DNA of 64,000 bases from Phoronis australis. Its lineage: Eukaryota > Animalia > Phoronida. Of this stretch, positions 49,031-62,292 are shown piece after piece; the stretch's first letter is position 1; each line of letters begins with the position of its first letter. The stretch spans positions 5,889-69,888 of the forward strand of contig NMRA01001016.1 of assembly GCA_002633005.1 (NCBI GenBank), written 5' to 3'. The notes under the pieces were generated by a model. It was not told where the DNA came from, did not search any database, and saw only the letters and a program-made list of their open reading frames with translations. The translations under genes and the position numbers were made by a program.

Positions 49031-49330
49031 TAGGCCCTGTCCATACGAATCTGTTTTTGAGAACGCAACTTTTTTATTGCGTCGCAAACAAGTTCTCTGT
49101 CCACACCACTCTGTTTTCACATGGTTTTATAAAGTTTTCCATCCACACCAAATACGATCGGAAACGCAAATTACTCTTCTTTGTGTTTTCAAAAACTCCT
49201 TCCACACATATGATCAGGTGAGGTCGGCCATGGTTTACAAAAAGTTTCGTTTTGTCTGTCCACGCAAATATAGTGGAAACGGCGATTTAAAAAAGACTGT
49301 GGCGATTTCGCTTGTGCGTACAAAGCGCTT
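49031..49330. mobile_element. Harbinger-like MITE remnant
   Basis: Starts (T)AGGCCCTGTCCATAC with recurrent TCCACAC motifs; right TIR not identified. Confidence 0.4.
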
Positions 49331-50562
49331 TCAAATATTTGTGATTTTGGTTGTTGAATTTAGTTGATACGTAACATAAGCAATTTCAAAAATTCGTATT
49401 TGCCGACTGCGTGTAATCAAAGTAGGACACCAGAGCATGGATAGCAGAATGTATCCGACCCAAGTGACGACCGCAATGGAACACAACTCCATAATATGTC
49501 CAAATATCAAACGCCTCTATACGACACTGTTGACCTTGTGCACTTACGGCACTCAGGGTCATGTCATAATGAAAAGTTTACTTGTGGTTAAAAACAGACT
49601 TCATGCATCACTTAGCACAATTAGTGTTTGCTAACAAGAAATTTATGCGTTTTGCATTAACACATAATTGGCATGCATTATGTATTTTTAAATACTTAAA
49701 AGTGTTTAAAACCATCATTTTCCTTGTTTTGACAAATGAAAATTTTTCAGCATCACTAAACCTTACTTTACGGCACTGCATATCACAATCGAGAATTCCA
49801 CATTCCAAAAAACGAGAAAATAAAAGAAAGGCGAATTCAATGAAAAGCTTTTTTGTACCTTCACGAATATTAGTGTTACGTATAAACGTACCCAGCGCCA
49901 ATGTGTTATGACCATCAACACGCGAGTTTCTTGTACAAACTTATACCATATCTCGCTTCTCGATGTCCCGCGAGAAAGCGAAGAGCCACAGCTTGGTCAA
50001 GCACTAAGTTGTCACTGAAAACCCCTATAAATAAACACCTCGCCATTCCTTTTCATATCATTAATCCCAGGAAAACGAGCGGTTGACCGAACACAATCGA
50101 AGATGACCAGTGCTGTTATCCTGAATTTATGTAGCATGTAGCGACCAATAATTGCTCATAACTCGAGATCAGCTAATTAACATATCGCGGGATAGTGTTT
50201 GCAGGTGTTCTAATTTGACAGCTGGTCAACTGGTGTGTTTTTGATATGAAATTGGTGATTTTAAGCGCTTTAACACATTGGCCTGTAATGAAAGAATAGA
50301 CAACAATAACCAAACGCAGTTCACACAAATACTGACAAGTAAAGATGGCTTCAATGTTTTTCAGTCATTTACAAGAACACATCACCAACAAAAATATCCC
50401 AAATTACAAATTTTGCGAAAAAACAAAACAAATAAAACAATAAGCTAATAAGGTATGGTAATACCCTCATTTCGCGGAATACACTTAGGCAGCCACTTCA
50501 CTTGGAGCAAACGTGTTCAAGAAGTATCAACAATAGCAAAAACATGTGGAAATTTGTCATCA

Positions 50563-53500
50563 AAATTTGAAATTATTTTCATACAAAACACTACTTTTGC
50601 TATACTAATCACACATTTCACCCCCTCTCGCGTATGTAAATGTTTGATGGGGATTCAACAATTACAATCTCCTAAAACTTATCGTTTTTGTTAAGATGAA
50701 GTTGTCCGAAACGTAAACTAGTCGTCGCACTTTTTCCCTCATAGTAAGCCATTATTAAAATCTCTGAACCTTCTGTGTGTTGATGACTTGTTCATACTGT
50801 CCTGTTTTAAATTAGTATGTAAATCATCTAATCCTCTGCCGCCAATCATTTCGGATTTTCCAGCAATTACAAACACCTTCTGGAGGTAGTACACTCCAAC
50901 CCTTTAATTACAGATGTTCCAATTTTACGTCCCGTAATGCTACATCAATTAACAGGTTCAAATGTATCCGCACACACATTACCTTATAAACAACAAGTTA
51001 ACGCCCCGCAATACCTATACCAATTAACATGTCCAAGTGCACCCACACATTCCTTCATTTCTTATGAACAACAATTTTCTGCAAATATCCGGTACGCTAT
51101 AGTTAAAATTCACACTCACTCCAGTGTTGAGTTACTCTGAACAGTGCGAAATACAATAATGTCACATATGAACTACTTATTTGTAATAATATACTGTAGA
51201 TATGTTCAATTAGGACTTTCATTTCTTTATAAACTATTAAAACGTAAGAGTATCATCTGTTTTCTGCTCCTAATTTCCAAGCAATTGAGAAAGTGGATTA
51301 TTCCATACATGTGTTCAGTAGGAAATCTCCGACAATTTGACATAAATCGTAGGATTTGTCCTGCGGTAATAGAACATGGTTTAAAAAGTACTAGTCAGAA
51401 AGAGAAAGTAAAATGGAAATATGCCCTAAATCGAAAATCAGGAAATAGATAAAGTGTCACAAACTTGGCTCGAATTTTCCCTTGCCACGACAGCAATAGA
51501 TAAAAGAGATGGATGGTCACGTGAGTATATGATAAGCAAGTTGTATGATCATGCGACTATATGATAAGCAAATTGTTACTGCGTAAATGAGAAATGCATT
51601 TTATATATGTTTGCGTGTGCTTGTGCTCGTGTATGCGTGTATGTGTGCGCACGCGCGTGAATGTGCACAAATGATTAGCAAGACTTACTGTTTTGCGTAA
51701 TGGTGTAATTTTTGTAGGGTTATTCACTGTGAACACAGATGCAAGAGAAGCACCTTGAATTATTGCCTAGTAGATAAGTATCTTACATTTTGTTCTTGCA
51801 AATCGTGAAAGTCCAGCAACGGAGTGAGTGTCCATCTTCTCTAGAACTGATGATGATATTTTATTTTCATTAATGATTCTAGAAATACGAAAACTTAAAC
51901 AGTGACTTGCCGCGATTGGTTAGTAAAATGAAGTCGGTATAGGACTGTAGTTGCGACAAGAAAGTTTCCTTAGAGATTTGGGCCCAGTTGCATAAAGTTA
52001 TACGCCGAATAACAACAATGGCAATGCATTATCACGCGTCACGTTGTTGTTGTTGAACAATGCAACTGACGACATGTAGCAATCCAACTTATCCAGGGGA
52101 TAATTTTGAAGTTTTATGCAACCCAGCCCTGGCGAACGAGAATTTACACGTGATCTCTTGTAAAGGGTGTGATAGCAAATGAATTTGTTTTGAAAATAAT
52201 CACAGTGTGGATGTTGGCAGTGTAAAACCTTGTGATCTGTTTTCAAGCGGTATATATTAAGAGTGTCTTCAAGAAGAAGGTTTTTAATAATTTGTATACA
52301 TGGACAAATAAATCAGTGTGAGTTGGTGATTATTCTTCAGGCCAGTTTCTGAAGGAATTGTAATCTGCTAACATATTTAATACCATATTGTGATGCCAAA
52401 ATTTAGTGAGTGTGCATTAAGAACCAGTAAACCGTTGTCAGAGAGAACAAAGGGAGATAGTTCTTGAGTTTATTGAGTACACCACAGATTTGTTCAATTT
52501 TTGTTCCCACCAGATAAATATGTTCTAACCAGGATGGAGTGTCGTTAAACTAAAGTCTCAAGATTCATCGTATTATGTCTTTGAGTAACCTTGTCGGTTT
52601 ATGTGTCAACAGGTAATGCCATATGAAGAGGGAAGTTTAAAACCTTTTCAGTGGATCACTCAGATCACAGGCTCATGCTCAGCTAATTTGTGTGCCAGTG
52701 GGAACCGGCACTGAAAGGTGTCAAATATGAGCCATATTTTTGAAGCCGTAACCCTGATTGTCTTGGTAGCCTATGATTTTAGCTGTTTTAACCGTCCAGG
52801 TACAACCTAATGGCACCCGTGCTGTAATGTCGTTTATATACGTTTGTATATTAATTAGCTTTGCGTAAACGTGGACAAGATTTAAGTCACAAACTCATCA
52901 CGCGGGGGAAGGGAGCGGCTGGGTCAATTACAGTGGCTGATCTATGATATCATAAGGAGGGCCCAATATTTTACCTCGGGGAGTCATGCATTACACGATT
53001 GCGCGGGCGCACGCAGCCTAAAATATAGGGGGTGCTCGAATTCCTGAGGCTGTTGACGACTAAAACAAAAAGGAAACCGATTGCGACGGTCTGAGCTCCC
53101 CCCCACACGCACACACAAACTGAAACTGCACATATTGTTAAATCTTGTTTCAGTCGCATGTTAATTACCGGGGTTAGTTAATGAACTCAATATTTCCTCA
53201 CGCTCTTGCTGTTTTATTTTTTGCGGCTGCCAAGGGGGGAGGAGGGTGGAGTTACACCTTCATTCGGGAAATTGGTGGCGGGGTAGGATGAAATTGGTGG
53301 GGGAAAAAAGAAACCCGTTCCCATTCCTAAGTTCGGGCAAATTTATTTCTCATGCCATTTCGAGCAAGGAAGTGCAGACACGCCTGTGTCTTAGTTTAAC
53401 TCTCCAATTTTTCAGTTTAGGATTGGTACCCTGTATTCGCCAGGCTTGACTGTTCAGGTCCGTGCTCAGATTCCGTCGATATTTTGTTCCACGCGCTAAC

Positions 53501-55797
53501 TACAATTTCACTTATAGATTTCCAGGTAGTGAGGATCAGGCGGTTGGTAACAATACGAGGTTTACAAGTTAATTGAAATATGTTTGTACACCAGTCTTTA
53601 GCAACCGAGATAACTCGATTAGAAACACGATTGCAAGCCCATCATTTATCCGCGTTCTACCCGGTTTGTTGTCAATCTGAATAAATTAAGTTCTGGCGAA
53701 TTTCAGTACTTGAGAAAGATCGTTCAGTCGTGCGTGAGGCGTTACATGACATATGTCGAGGAGAATATGAATTTGGCGTAACACCTGGAACAATAACTGG
53801 CGTGCAATTAGCGCGTCACCATGCAGATGCCATGTCAAATGCTTAATCTATTTGAAAAATTACTTCGCCATTACACCTTGCCGTGAATTTCTAATAATTT
53901 AAACTTTGGATAAAATTACTGGTACCTTCACCGCGACAATACTATATAGGCGCGCATAATTACCCTAGTGCATGAAAACAGGCGATTAGTAAGCACTTGT
54001 GCGCTCGTGCAGACGATGCAACGCAATTTAAATGTAGGCCTGGCGGCGTCATCATAATTGTAGCTCCTGAGATGACCAATAAAGACCAACAGAGGATAAA
54101 ATTGTTAAAAGGTTGGATATTTTTGTCAATCAGTATAAAATTGCAAAACTTATAAAGCCCGAGAACAATTTTCGTTCTAGCGAAGTGACGGTTTGTAGTT
54201 GAAGTCAGGCCTGAGTTGACTAAATGGATGCACTTATGTTAAGTGATGAGAAACAAAATCTGATACCAGGAAACCAATGTTCACTACCACTGTAACGAGC
54301 GAAATTCATGCAGCTGTATCCGATCCACGCGGTTAGAAGTCCGTTTATGGCCACCGCACAACAACGGCAGTCACCAAGCGCCATCTGTGAGCGCCCGTAC
54401 AAACGATAAGTACAAGCAGAATGACAAGGGGGATGCCATGGGTCACTGCCGCATTACCACAGATGAACTATTACTAAGGATCATTGAGAGCTCAGCCTTG
54501 AGTGACTTCCAGGGAGTGTGAAGCCGACATAGTTCCCCGAGACGTTTCCGTGTTTTGATGCAACGCAGACATTTGGCAGATGGGCTTGGAATACACTGTG
54601 AAGGAACAGTAAACGAATTTGTTAAGGAACTCAGTCGAGTTCATTTGCGGACGGATGGCTCAGCTGGGCTATTTTTAGCTTTGACTTGGTGAGCATCCGA
54701 CTTTTTACTTAGGACTGTGAACTTAAGACGTTGGTGGAGTACAGCTATGCATTGCATGTAGAACTTCCGTGGATCATGGGACAGTTGGTAAGTACATTGA
54801 ATTATGCCGATGTGCTACTAACTCGTGTGAATGACTCACGGCAGGCCAGTAATGGTCTATATGATGTAACGGTCACGCCTATATAGTCGCACGGTGATTA
54901 CGCTGTCACAGCTGAAGCCGGTCAAGCGTGATGTTTTCTATCGTGTTTTCTTTAGTAGGCCTGTTTTATTTTGTCCTTTCCGCTCGAAAGCACAGAGTCA
55001 ACCATCACCCGAATAAAAGCGAAAAACCTTCACTGACCACGTAAATAATTATATACTTGGCCGTTGTAACACGGTTTGACGAAGCCCCTTTAACCGAAAT
55101 CCACGAGGGTAAACGTTCGAGAATGATGAGTCAGAGTCGAGGTAACCAACATATTTCCTTTAGTTATTAACGACACTTATAACTGTAATAAGATGACTTG
55201 CAGAGTCGTGACCTGGCGCGGCTTTCAATTCGTATTTCTGTCGGTGATGTTTGTCCCCGAGTTCCCATGCGTGGGAGATAAGCGGGGAGGTAGGATATCT
55301 TGTACAGCCAGCTCCATAGCAGAGAATATAGATATATACATATAGATTGACAGACAGGTTATGCGGATCAGGTTGATCGCATAACGAAGACTAGGATAGA
55401 AACAGAAAGGTTTAGGAGTCGCTTTTATGAAGCCCACCATAATTAAAAAGTAATGTAACGAAAGAATAGTGCTAAAGCCAAAATGGCTTGAAAATGAAAC
55501 ATTGTCAATAAAAATACCCGTTAACAACATGAACTGTAATGTAAAGTCTAATTGCATAAACTAGTTTTAGTGTAGACAAAACAAAGTAATTACAGTTCAA
55601 TCAACTGCCACGTGTGAGACTTAAAAATGGGAGATGGCAGAAACAATTAGCGAATGTAATGAAATCCTTAACACGGTTATTAAAAATCCTTCTTATGAAC
55701 AACTCAGTAAAGCAATTTGTGTTGCGCATTCTACGTTAGTCCGAGAATCCCTGAAATGCGTTAACTTCTTCTTGAACGGTTAATGGTTATCCAGTGC
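50563..55797 (+). repeat. Segmental duplication block 1, copy B
   Basis: Colinear with 1-4782; extra sequence at ~52568-52750 and ~52915-53235. Confidence 0.95.
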
Positions 55798-56179
55798 TGC
55801 TAATTAACCCTGGAATAAAGTACAGAAGACATTTTTTGGCAATGATTATGTCTGCGGTATTAACGATCTCAATTGAGGGATTGCTGCTGTCTGAAATGAG
55901 CTCAGGTTGTGTGAGACAACTGACCTGTTTTCTGCGTAATTAATCCCAAATAAATGTTTCAAAGATGGAAAGTTCCAGTGGAAGCAAAGTTGTGCAGTCA
56001 CGTTGGTACTGTCATTAGCTGGTTTGAAGCTGACAAAATGTTGTATTTCTTCAAACAAAAGAAGGTTTGAGGGTTTTGCGTGAGCAATAAATTTGCTGTG
56101 GGGTATGTGATTAAGTGTGGGTTTCCACCCACCCAACACGATACCCGGGCGAATCCCATGAGAGAGACGATACTGCACA

Positions 56180-56574
56180 NNNNNNNNNNNNNNNNNNNNN
56201 NNNNNNNNNNNNNNNNNNNNNNNNNNNNNNNNNNNNNNNNNNNNNNNNNNNNNNNNNNNNNNNNNNNNNNNNNNNNNNNNNNNNNNNNNNNNNNNNNNNN
56301 NNNNNNNNNNNNNNNNNNNNNNNNNNNNNNNNNNNNNNNNNNNNNNNNNNNNNNNNNNNNNNNNNNNNNNNNNNNNNNNNNNNNNNNNNNNNNNNNNNNN
56401 NNNNNNNNNNNNNNNNNNNNNNNNNNNNNNNNNNNNNNNNNNNNNNNNNNNNNNNNNNNNNNNNNNNNNNNNNNNNNNNNNNNNNNNNNNNNNNNNNNNN
56501 NNNNNNNNNNNNNNNNNNNNNNNNNNNNNNNNNNNNNNNNNNNNNNNNNNNNNNNNNNNNNNNNNNNNNNNNNC
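56180..56574. other. Assembly gap (N run)
   Basis: Directly visible. Confidence 1.
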
Positions 56575-59500
56575 CGGTAGGCTTTGTGTGGACATTAATT
56601 GTATTGTAGCTTATATGCCGATGTTCACGTTTTTTAATGGTTTTTAGTTTTTTTAATATTATTTTAATAATCTACGTAGCTTTAAGAAGCCCCACACAGA
56701 GATGCCACAATGAAGATGAGGAAAAGTCAATGAACAATAAATATGCGTTAAATTAAAATTTAAAAGAGAGACATGGATGAAATCTTAATTTTCTTTTTTA
56801 TGTCAGTCGGTTTGCAAAACAAGAAAATGATATGGGCAAGCGAATTCAGGAAACTGCTCCGCATTCCTTTGTTTCGCATTTACGAAATTTTCTGGTGAGA
56901 TAAAGCATCTAGCAGACCACGGGTGCATGTAGTTTGCACGGAAACTTACATGCATATCCACTAATCCGCGGATGTAATGAGAAACAGCGCTCGTCTGCTG
57001 CCAAACTTGTACGACCGAAGCTACTCTTTGGAGGTCACGTAACACACAACCACATACCACGAGCATCTCCCGATTTTTTGAGCTCACAATAGCCACCTTC
57101 GCTCTTCATCTTCCTTGACAGAAAATGAAGCATGTGGGGTTTGCCAAATGGTTGTAACAACACAGTTTTTGTTGTTTCTTGTCGGGCGTGATGGATTAAA
57201 AACAAGCAATCGTCTTTTAAGAGACGAACAAGCTGCGTATGAGTTAAGAAGGGATATCACATGACCTATGGTATTTCTATATAAGAACCATTATTGTTTT
57301 ACTACAAAATTACTTGAAATGAAATGGCTTGTAAAGGCCCGTATTCGGAAGAAACTGAATTTTTATTAAAGTGCCGTCCACACACACAGAGACTTACCCT
57401 GGAACACGCTTCTCCTGGAACGAGTTGTCGCTGGGTTTGAATGTTGTCTGGACTCTATTTAAACTAGCACAACTTACCCCACTTGTGACAACTTACCGCT
57501 GTAAAATTGGTCTCGACTTATTACTAACACAGATGAGAATTGGTCTTGCAAAGAACTGGCAGTTCGTCACATTGTTGTTCTTCGAGGCAATATTCGGCGA
57601 ATAAAACGACACAGCGTGGCAAGTCGTCTTACTGAGAATGGTCTGAGGCAAACGATCTGCCAGTTCTTCCCAAGTCCACAAATCACATGGGGTTTGACAA
57701 TAGAATAATTTGAGGTCAATTTCGTAACGGTCAGTTCTCAAAATCAAAAAGTTGGTTCACCGGTGTTACGTCAACTGAAGCTCGCTTAAAGACCTATTGG
57801 AAAACTATTCGTGAATGTGAACACTTCCGACTTCCAAGTGAAACTTGGTCAAAACGTAATTTTTTTAAGATAGTCTTCTAAGGCTAAGCCATGATCTAAT
57901 ATATGCATATGGCATAAAAGTTATCCTAAAAGAATTCAGTTAAAAATTAAAATCGTTGAGCAGTGATTTGACATTTATCTCAAAAACAGACCGTAGCTCA
58001 TACTTACTATGGTCAAGAATCTGGCCAAATGGCCTCGTTTTAGAGTTATTTACAAGACTGATGTGGCACTCATCGGCTGTTGCTGATTTTTGGCTTGAAA
58101 AAAAGTCTCTTGGCAGCTCCAATATTTTGTTCCTCAGGTCTTATAAAACCTGAAAATATGAAAAGTTCATTACGCCAAAAACTTCAAAAGCTTTTCACAA
58201 AGTCTTTTGAAACTGATAACATACTCAACTCTTTCTTCTTTATGACTTTCACAAGTTCAGCTTGCTACTTAAAAGCGAACACGAATACATTAATAGCAGT
58301 TTTCACCACAAATGCATGCATTTGCGTAACATTTCGATTCTTACGAACTGAGCGACCGTGCATACAGACTCCCAAAACTCCCTAGATTACAGAAATCAGT
58401 TAAAACATGGTTGTCGACCAGCCAGAATTTTCACAAATCCAAAGAGTGACGTGAACCCGAATTTCCTGCTCAATTTTAACCTCCCGCTTGCAAGCAGTAA
58501 ATGTATTCTAAAAGCCACCACTGAGAAAAACCGGATCAAGAGGTCAACACCTGGTAATCTTTCATTCAGAACAGACCAAAAATCAAGAAAAATGCCATTT
58601 GTTGCACAAAAGTTTTTTCAGCCAAACCAGCGGGCGCCAATTTTCAACGCATTACTCTAAATTTAGTAATTTCCAAAGGGTAAAATACGTTTTTCCTACT
58701 TTAATTAAGATTCTGCGAAGAATTAAGCGTCCATTTAAAGGAAGGAAATCAATTTGTACGAACCGGATTTTAGAAAGCTTTTAGTGATTCTTAAGAAAAA
58801 TCTGCTCATGAAGTTAGACTTCTAACTTAATCGTGCATTAAACCCTTGATTTGAACTTATAGACTGAATTGTTAGTTTTGCGTTCGGGACGAAGGAGATG
58901 CTATGACGTCATTGTTCATGCCAATTGCTGTTTTTGTGTTGATGGTGCGACAAAATATGTTTTCACAGTTAATGGAATATTTTTCTAATATCTTGAACAC
59001 AGCGTGCATTTAAGCATTAAAAAGAGCTTGTTTCCGAAGGAGCGCTCTTATTTTTATCGGTGATTTACATTAAAAACACTATATCGGGGCACTCTTTCGG
59101 ACATTTCCGAAATTAATGCAGGTATAAATTAATATCTAAATCTAAGCTATCATCAGATAAACCCAGACCATTTCACTAAAACCCTTTAAGCTAACTTTGG
59201 ACACGAATTTATGGTAATGTCGTAGTGCATTTTTTCTATGCCGCAGAAGATTAAAAATTGTTATGCATTAACTTATCTTATTAATGAAATCTGATCACCT
59301 TGGTATGTTTTTTCACGCCAATAAGTCTGCAGGTGATTGCCAAAACCTACAACCGGATTCGAGCATACCTAACCTTTTGGTAACTCTAAAGATCACACCA
59401 ACACACAACACCTTACAGGTGTGTGTTGCTTAGGAACCTGCTCCGTTCACCAAAAATTTCCCAGCAACCTTTGCGTATATCAAAATGGCGACGATCATCA

Positions 59501-59952
59501 TGCTATTGGGAACTGGAAATGTGAAGGAAAAGCAAAGCCAGTTAATCGTCTTCCCAAGTTAATAATTACGCATTTCTTCTCGTTTAAACACTTAATTCCG
59601 TTTTAAACCATTAATCTTGTTTCTAGGTCAATATACAGCATTGTCAGTTGAAGCGTGAGTACATTTTTGGATACCCTGTATTTACTAAACTATCTTTATG
59701 ATTGAATTTCCTGTTTGATAATGTTCGATCACTCTCAGTGATGTGCCTATAATCAAAAATTAAAATCTGCATTCATTTTTCTAAACGGAATCTGCAGCGC
59801 CATCTTTGAAAACCTTTGTTTTGGTCCATATTTTTGGTGGAACCCACTGTTTTGTTTTGTTTTTATTACGGTGAGTTATTGTTTCTAACTACATGTAAGT
59901 GTGATGAAACCTAGGACCGAATGGAAAGATTTTATCGCCACCGCTAATTTGA

Positions 59953-61053
59953 TTTATTATACGCCCACATATTTATATGTGGACGCATTATGCCGTCATC
60001 TCCGTCCGTCCGTCCGGCGTCCGTCCGGCGTCCGTCCGGCGTCCGTCCGGCGTCCGCTGCTCTATCTCCAAAACCAATTGACATATGTTCATGAAATTTT
60101 GCACATGTGTTCCTTTCATGGATGGGACGGCATGAGCGAATTTTCGGACGGACCGACTACCGTTGTGCCCCCTAGTGGCAATTTTATTTTTTCACGTTTA
60201 CCTCTGTATCTTCAAAGGTCCTCAACATATTTTCACAAAATTTGGTATGTAGGCATTTATTAGTGAGACGACGTTATCCTCCCGTTTTCGGATATATTCG
60301 ACGTAGTTTGCGCCACCTAGTGGTCATTTTTACTGTTTTCGTGTCTGTTTTTTGGCGTCCACCCCTCTATCAACCAAACCGCTTGAAGCATGATTGTGAA
60401 AATTGGCATGTTATGTTCACAGAGAACGGTTCACTATGATTTTCCGACGACTTCGACTACTGTGATGCCTTCTAGTGGCAGTTTCGTTTTTGCGCCCATG
60501 GCTGTATCTCCTAAACTGTTCGTACGATCTTTACTAAATTTGAGAAGTGTGTTTGTGTGATGTTGACAACGGACGATGACGATTTTCAGATGGATCGGAC
60601 TACTGTTGTGCCGCCTGGTAGCAATTTTAATTTTACGTTTACCTGTGTATCTTCAAAGGTCCTCAACGGATTTTCATAAAATTTTATATACAGGCATCTG
60701 TATCTCCGAAACTCACTGCAGGATTTTTATTGAAATTAATTTGTAAGTGATTTTATACGAAGCTAACAACAGACAATGTCGACTTCCAGGCCGATCCAAT
60801 GAACAGTGTGCCCCCTAGTGCCAATTTCATTTTATTTTGTTTTCTTTTGTTTCTCTGAAGTTCCATGGTGGATTTCTATGAAATCTTGTGTATAGCTTTC
60901 TATTTAAGAAGAAATGACATGTTCCCCTTTTTAGATGGATTGTATGTTTTGCGCCATCTAGTGGCCCTTTTTATGACACAAATAAACAACCCCAAAAACA
61001 CGCCATTTGCGATGCATTCGTGTGCGCATTTCAACGCTCCGCGTTGCTCTTGT
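59953..61053 (+). mobile_element. Helentron-associated non-autonomous element (HINE/DINE-1-like) with internal ~145-bp tandem repeats
   Basis: 5' TTATTATACGCCCACATA..TATGTGGACGCA inverted repeat, then a (GTCC)/(CGTCCGTCCGG)n microsatellite, six degenerate units, and a 3' hairpin CAACGC-TCC-GCGTTG followed by CTCTTGTT; T-rich flanks. Confidence 0.8.
60165..60965 (-). promoter_or_regulatory. Six co-oriented CTCF-consensus-like motifs
   Basis: Minus strand: GCCACTAGGGGGCAC, ACCACTAGGTGGCGC, GCCACTAGAAGGCAT, GCTACCAGGCGGCAC, GGCACTAGGGGGCAC, GCCACTAGATGGCGC. Binding is not demonstrated. Confidence 0.55.
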
Positions 61054-61992
61054 TCTTGAAGTTTGCATCTGTCTGAGACTTAACTTGTAGAAAAAGTGCT
61101 GTACCAACGTTGATAAGGTCGGAGGTTAATAAAAGTTCAAATGATCCTTGCCCTCTAAACAGACAAGAGTCGAAGTCTCATTCACCCAAATCATTATAGT
61201 GGAGATGAGGATGTGATGATGTTTTTGCCATAAGTGCTCAGAGTCACATTACAGGCACCAATACGTCTTCGTGGCTTTATCTTTCTCGCAACTTTCTGAT
61301 GATCACGTTAACTTTTTGACACAGTGACCCCGAAAGCATTCAGTAAAATTGTTATTATTAAACACTATAGCCAGTATTATATCGCGGTTTGTTTTGTGAG
61401 CGTAAAAACATTCTGATAGTGTAACATTTTTGTATACTGTCCTCGTTGATGTCATAAATTGACATTTTTACGTTTTTTGTTGAATTCTAAGAAATTTAGA
61501 AGTCAATTTTCCTTGTTCAACCGTTATTGTTTCGCCAGACATCGAGCACTCGCGTTCTCGATGTACAATAAACTGCAATGCTCAACGGATCTTTTAAAAT
61601 AATCTCCCGCTTTCGATTACGTAGAGCATACCGCCGTTCCTTAATTCATAACCATGAAATTTGCTTGCAGGCAATTCCATTTGTAACAGTCGTAGACTCA
61701 ATCTTATGCTTCATAGGTATCTTTCAGTGGGTGCATCAGTTTTTGTCTTTCTCTTTGCTTGGCCGGAACAATTGCTTTAAAGAACATACGTAGATAATTT
61801 AAATTTTGCAAAATCTTCTTTTCCACTTTGATTTTGTGTGAATTGTGAAAAGTTGCACTTTTTTGTTTTATACGATAATTTAGTAGAATGCTTGCGATGC
61901 ATAACACACAACATTCTTTGCCAGACAACTTAATGTAAGTTGAATGAGTGCGACGACCGTACGTGACAGACGTACTCTCTGAATTTCTAGTA

Positions 61993-62292
61993 CAGTGCTC
62001 GACGCACAGATTCTCGCCAGGTCGCCAAATGCGGTACGCGATAATCCTAGGTTGTCAAAAGAAATCTGAAGTCGCCAAAATTGAAGTCGGAATCGTCGAC
62101 CAAAAAGAAAACGAAGTGGCCCACTCTGTTGTCAAAGAACTATGCATACCTCTTCCAGTAAAATATATGCACTATTCAGTTTCACTCCAGTCAATGAAGA
62201 ACGCAGGTGATCGGCGAACTGGTATTTTTCCAGGTCGCGAAACACAATCTGAAGTCTCACTGGCGACCTGCAGGTCACGAAATCGAGCACTG
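61993..62292. mobile_element. 300-bp MITE, CAGTGCTCGA termini
   Basis: CAGTGCTCGA..CAGGTCGCCA / TGGCGACCTG..TCGAGCACTG; no clear TSD. Confidence 0.65.

Noticed and set aside
48626-49367. 203-aa ORF as the continuation of the GPR157-like gene
   Set aside because: No TM5-7 or WCW-loop similarity; it runs through MITE-like sequence.
55846-56609. ORFs of 164-249 aa
   Set aside because: Open only because they span the N gap.
56803-57747. Minus-strand ORFs of 84-97 aa as a gene or transposase
   Set aside because: No recognisable motifs in the frames I read.
57790-58141. Fifth TTAA/Kolobok-like element
   Set aside because: Only AGACCT termini with weak further TIR similarity, and the right flank is TATA rather than TTAA.
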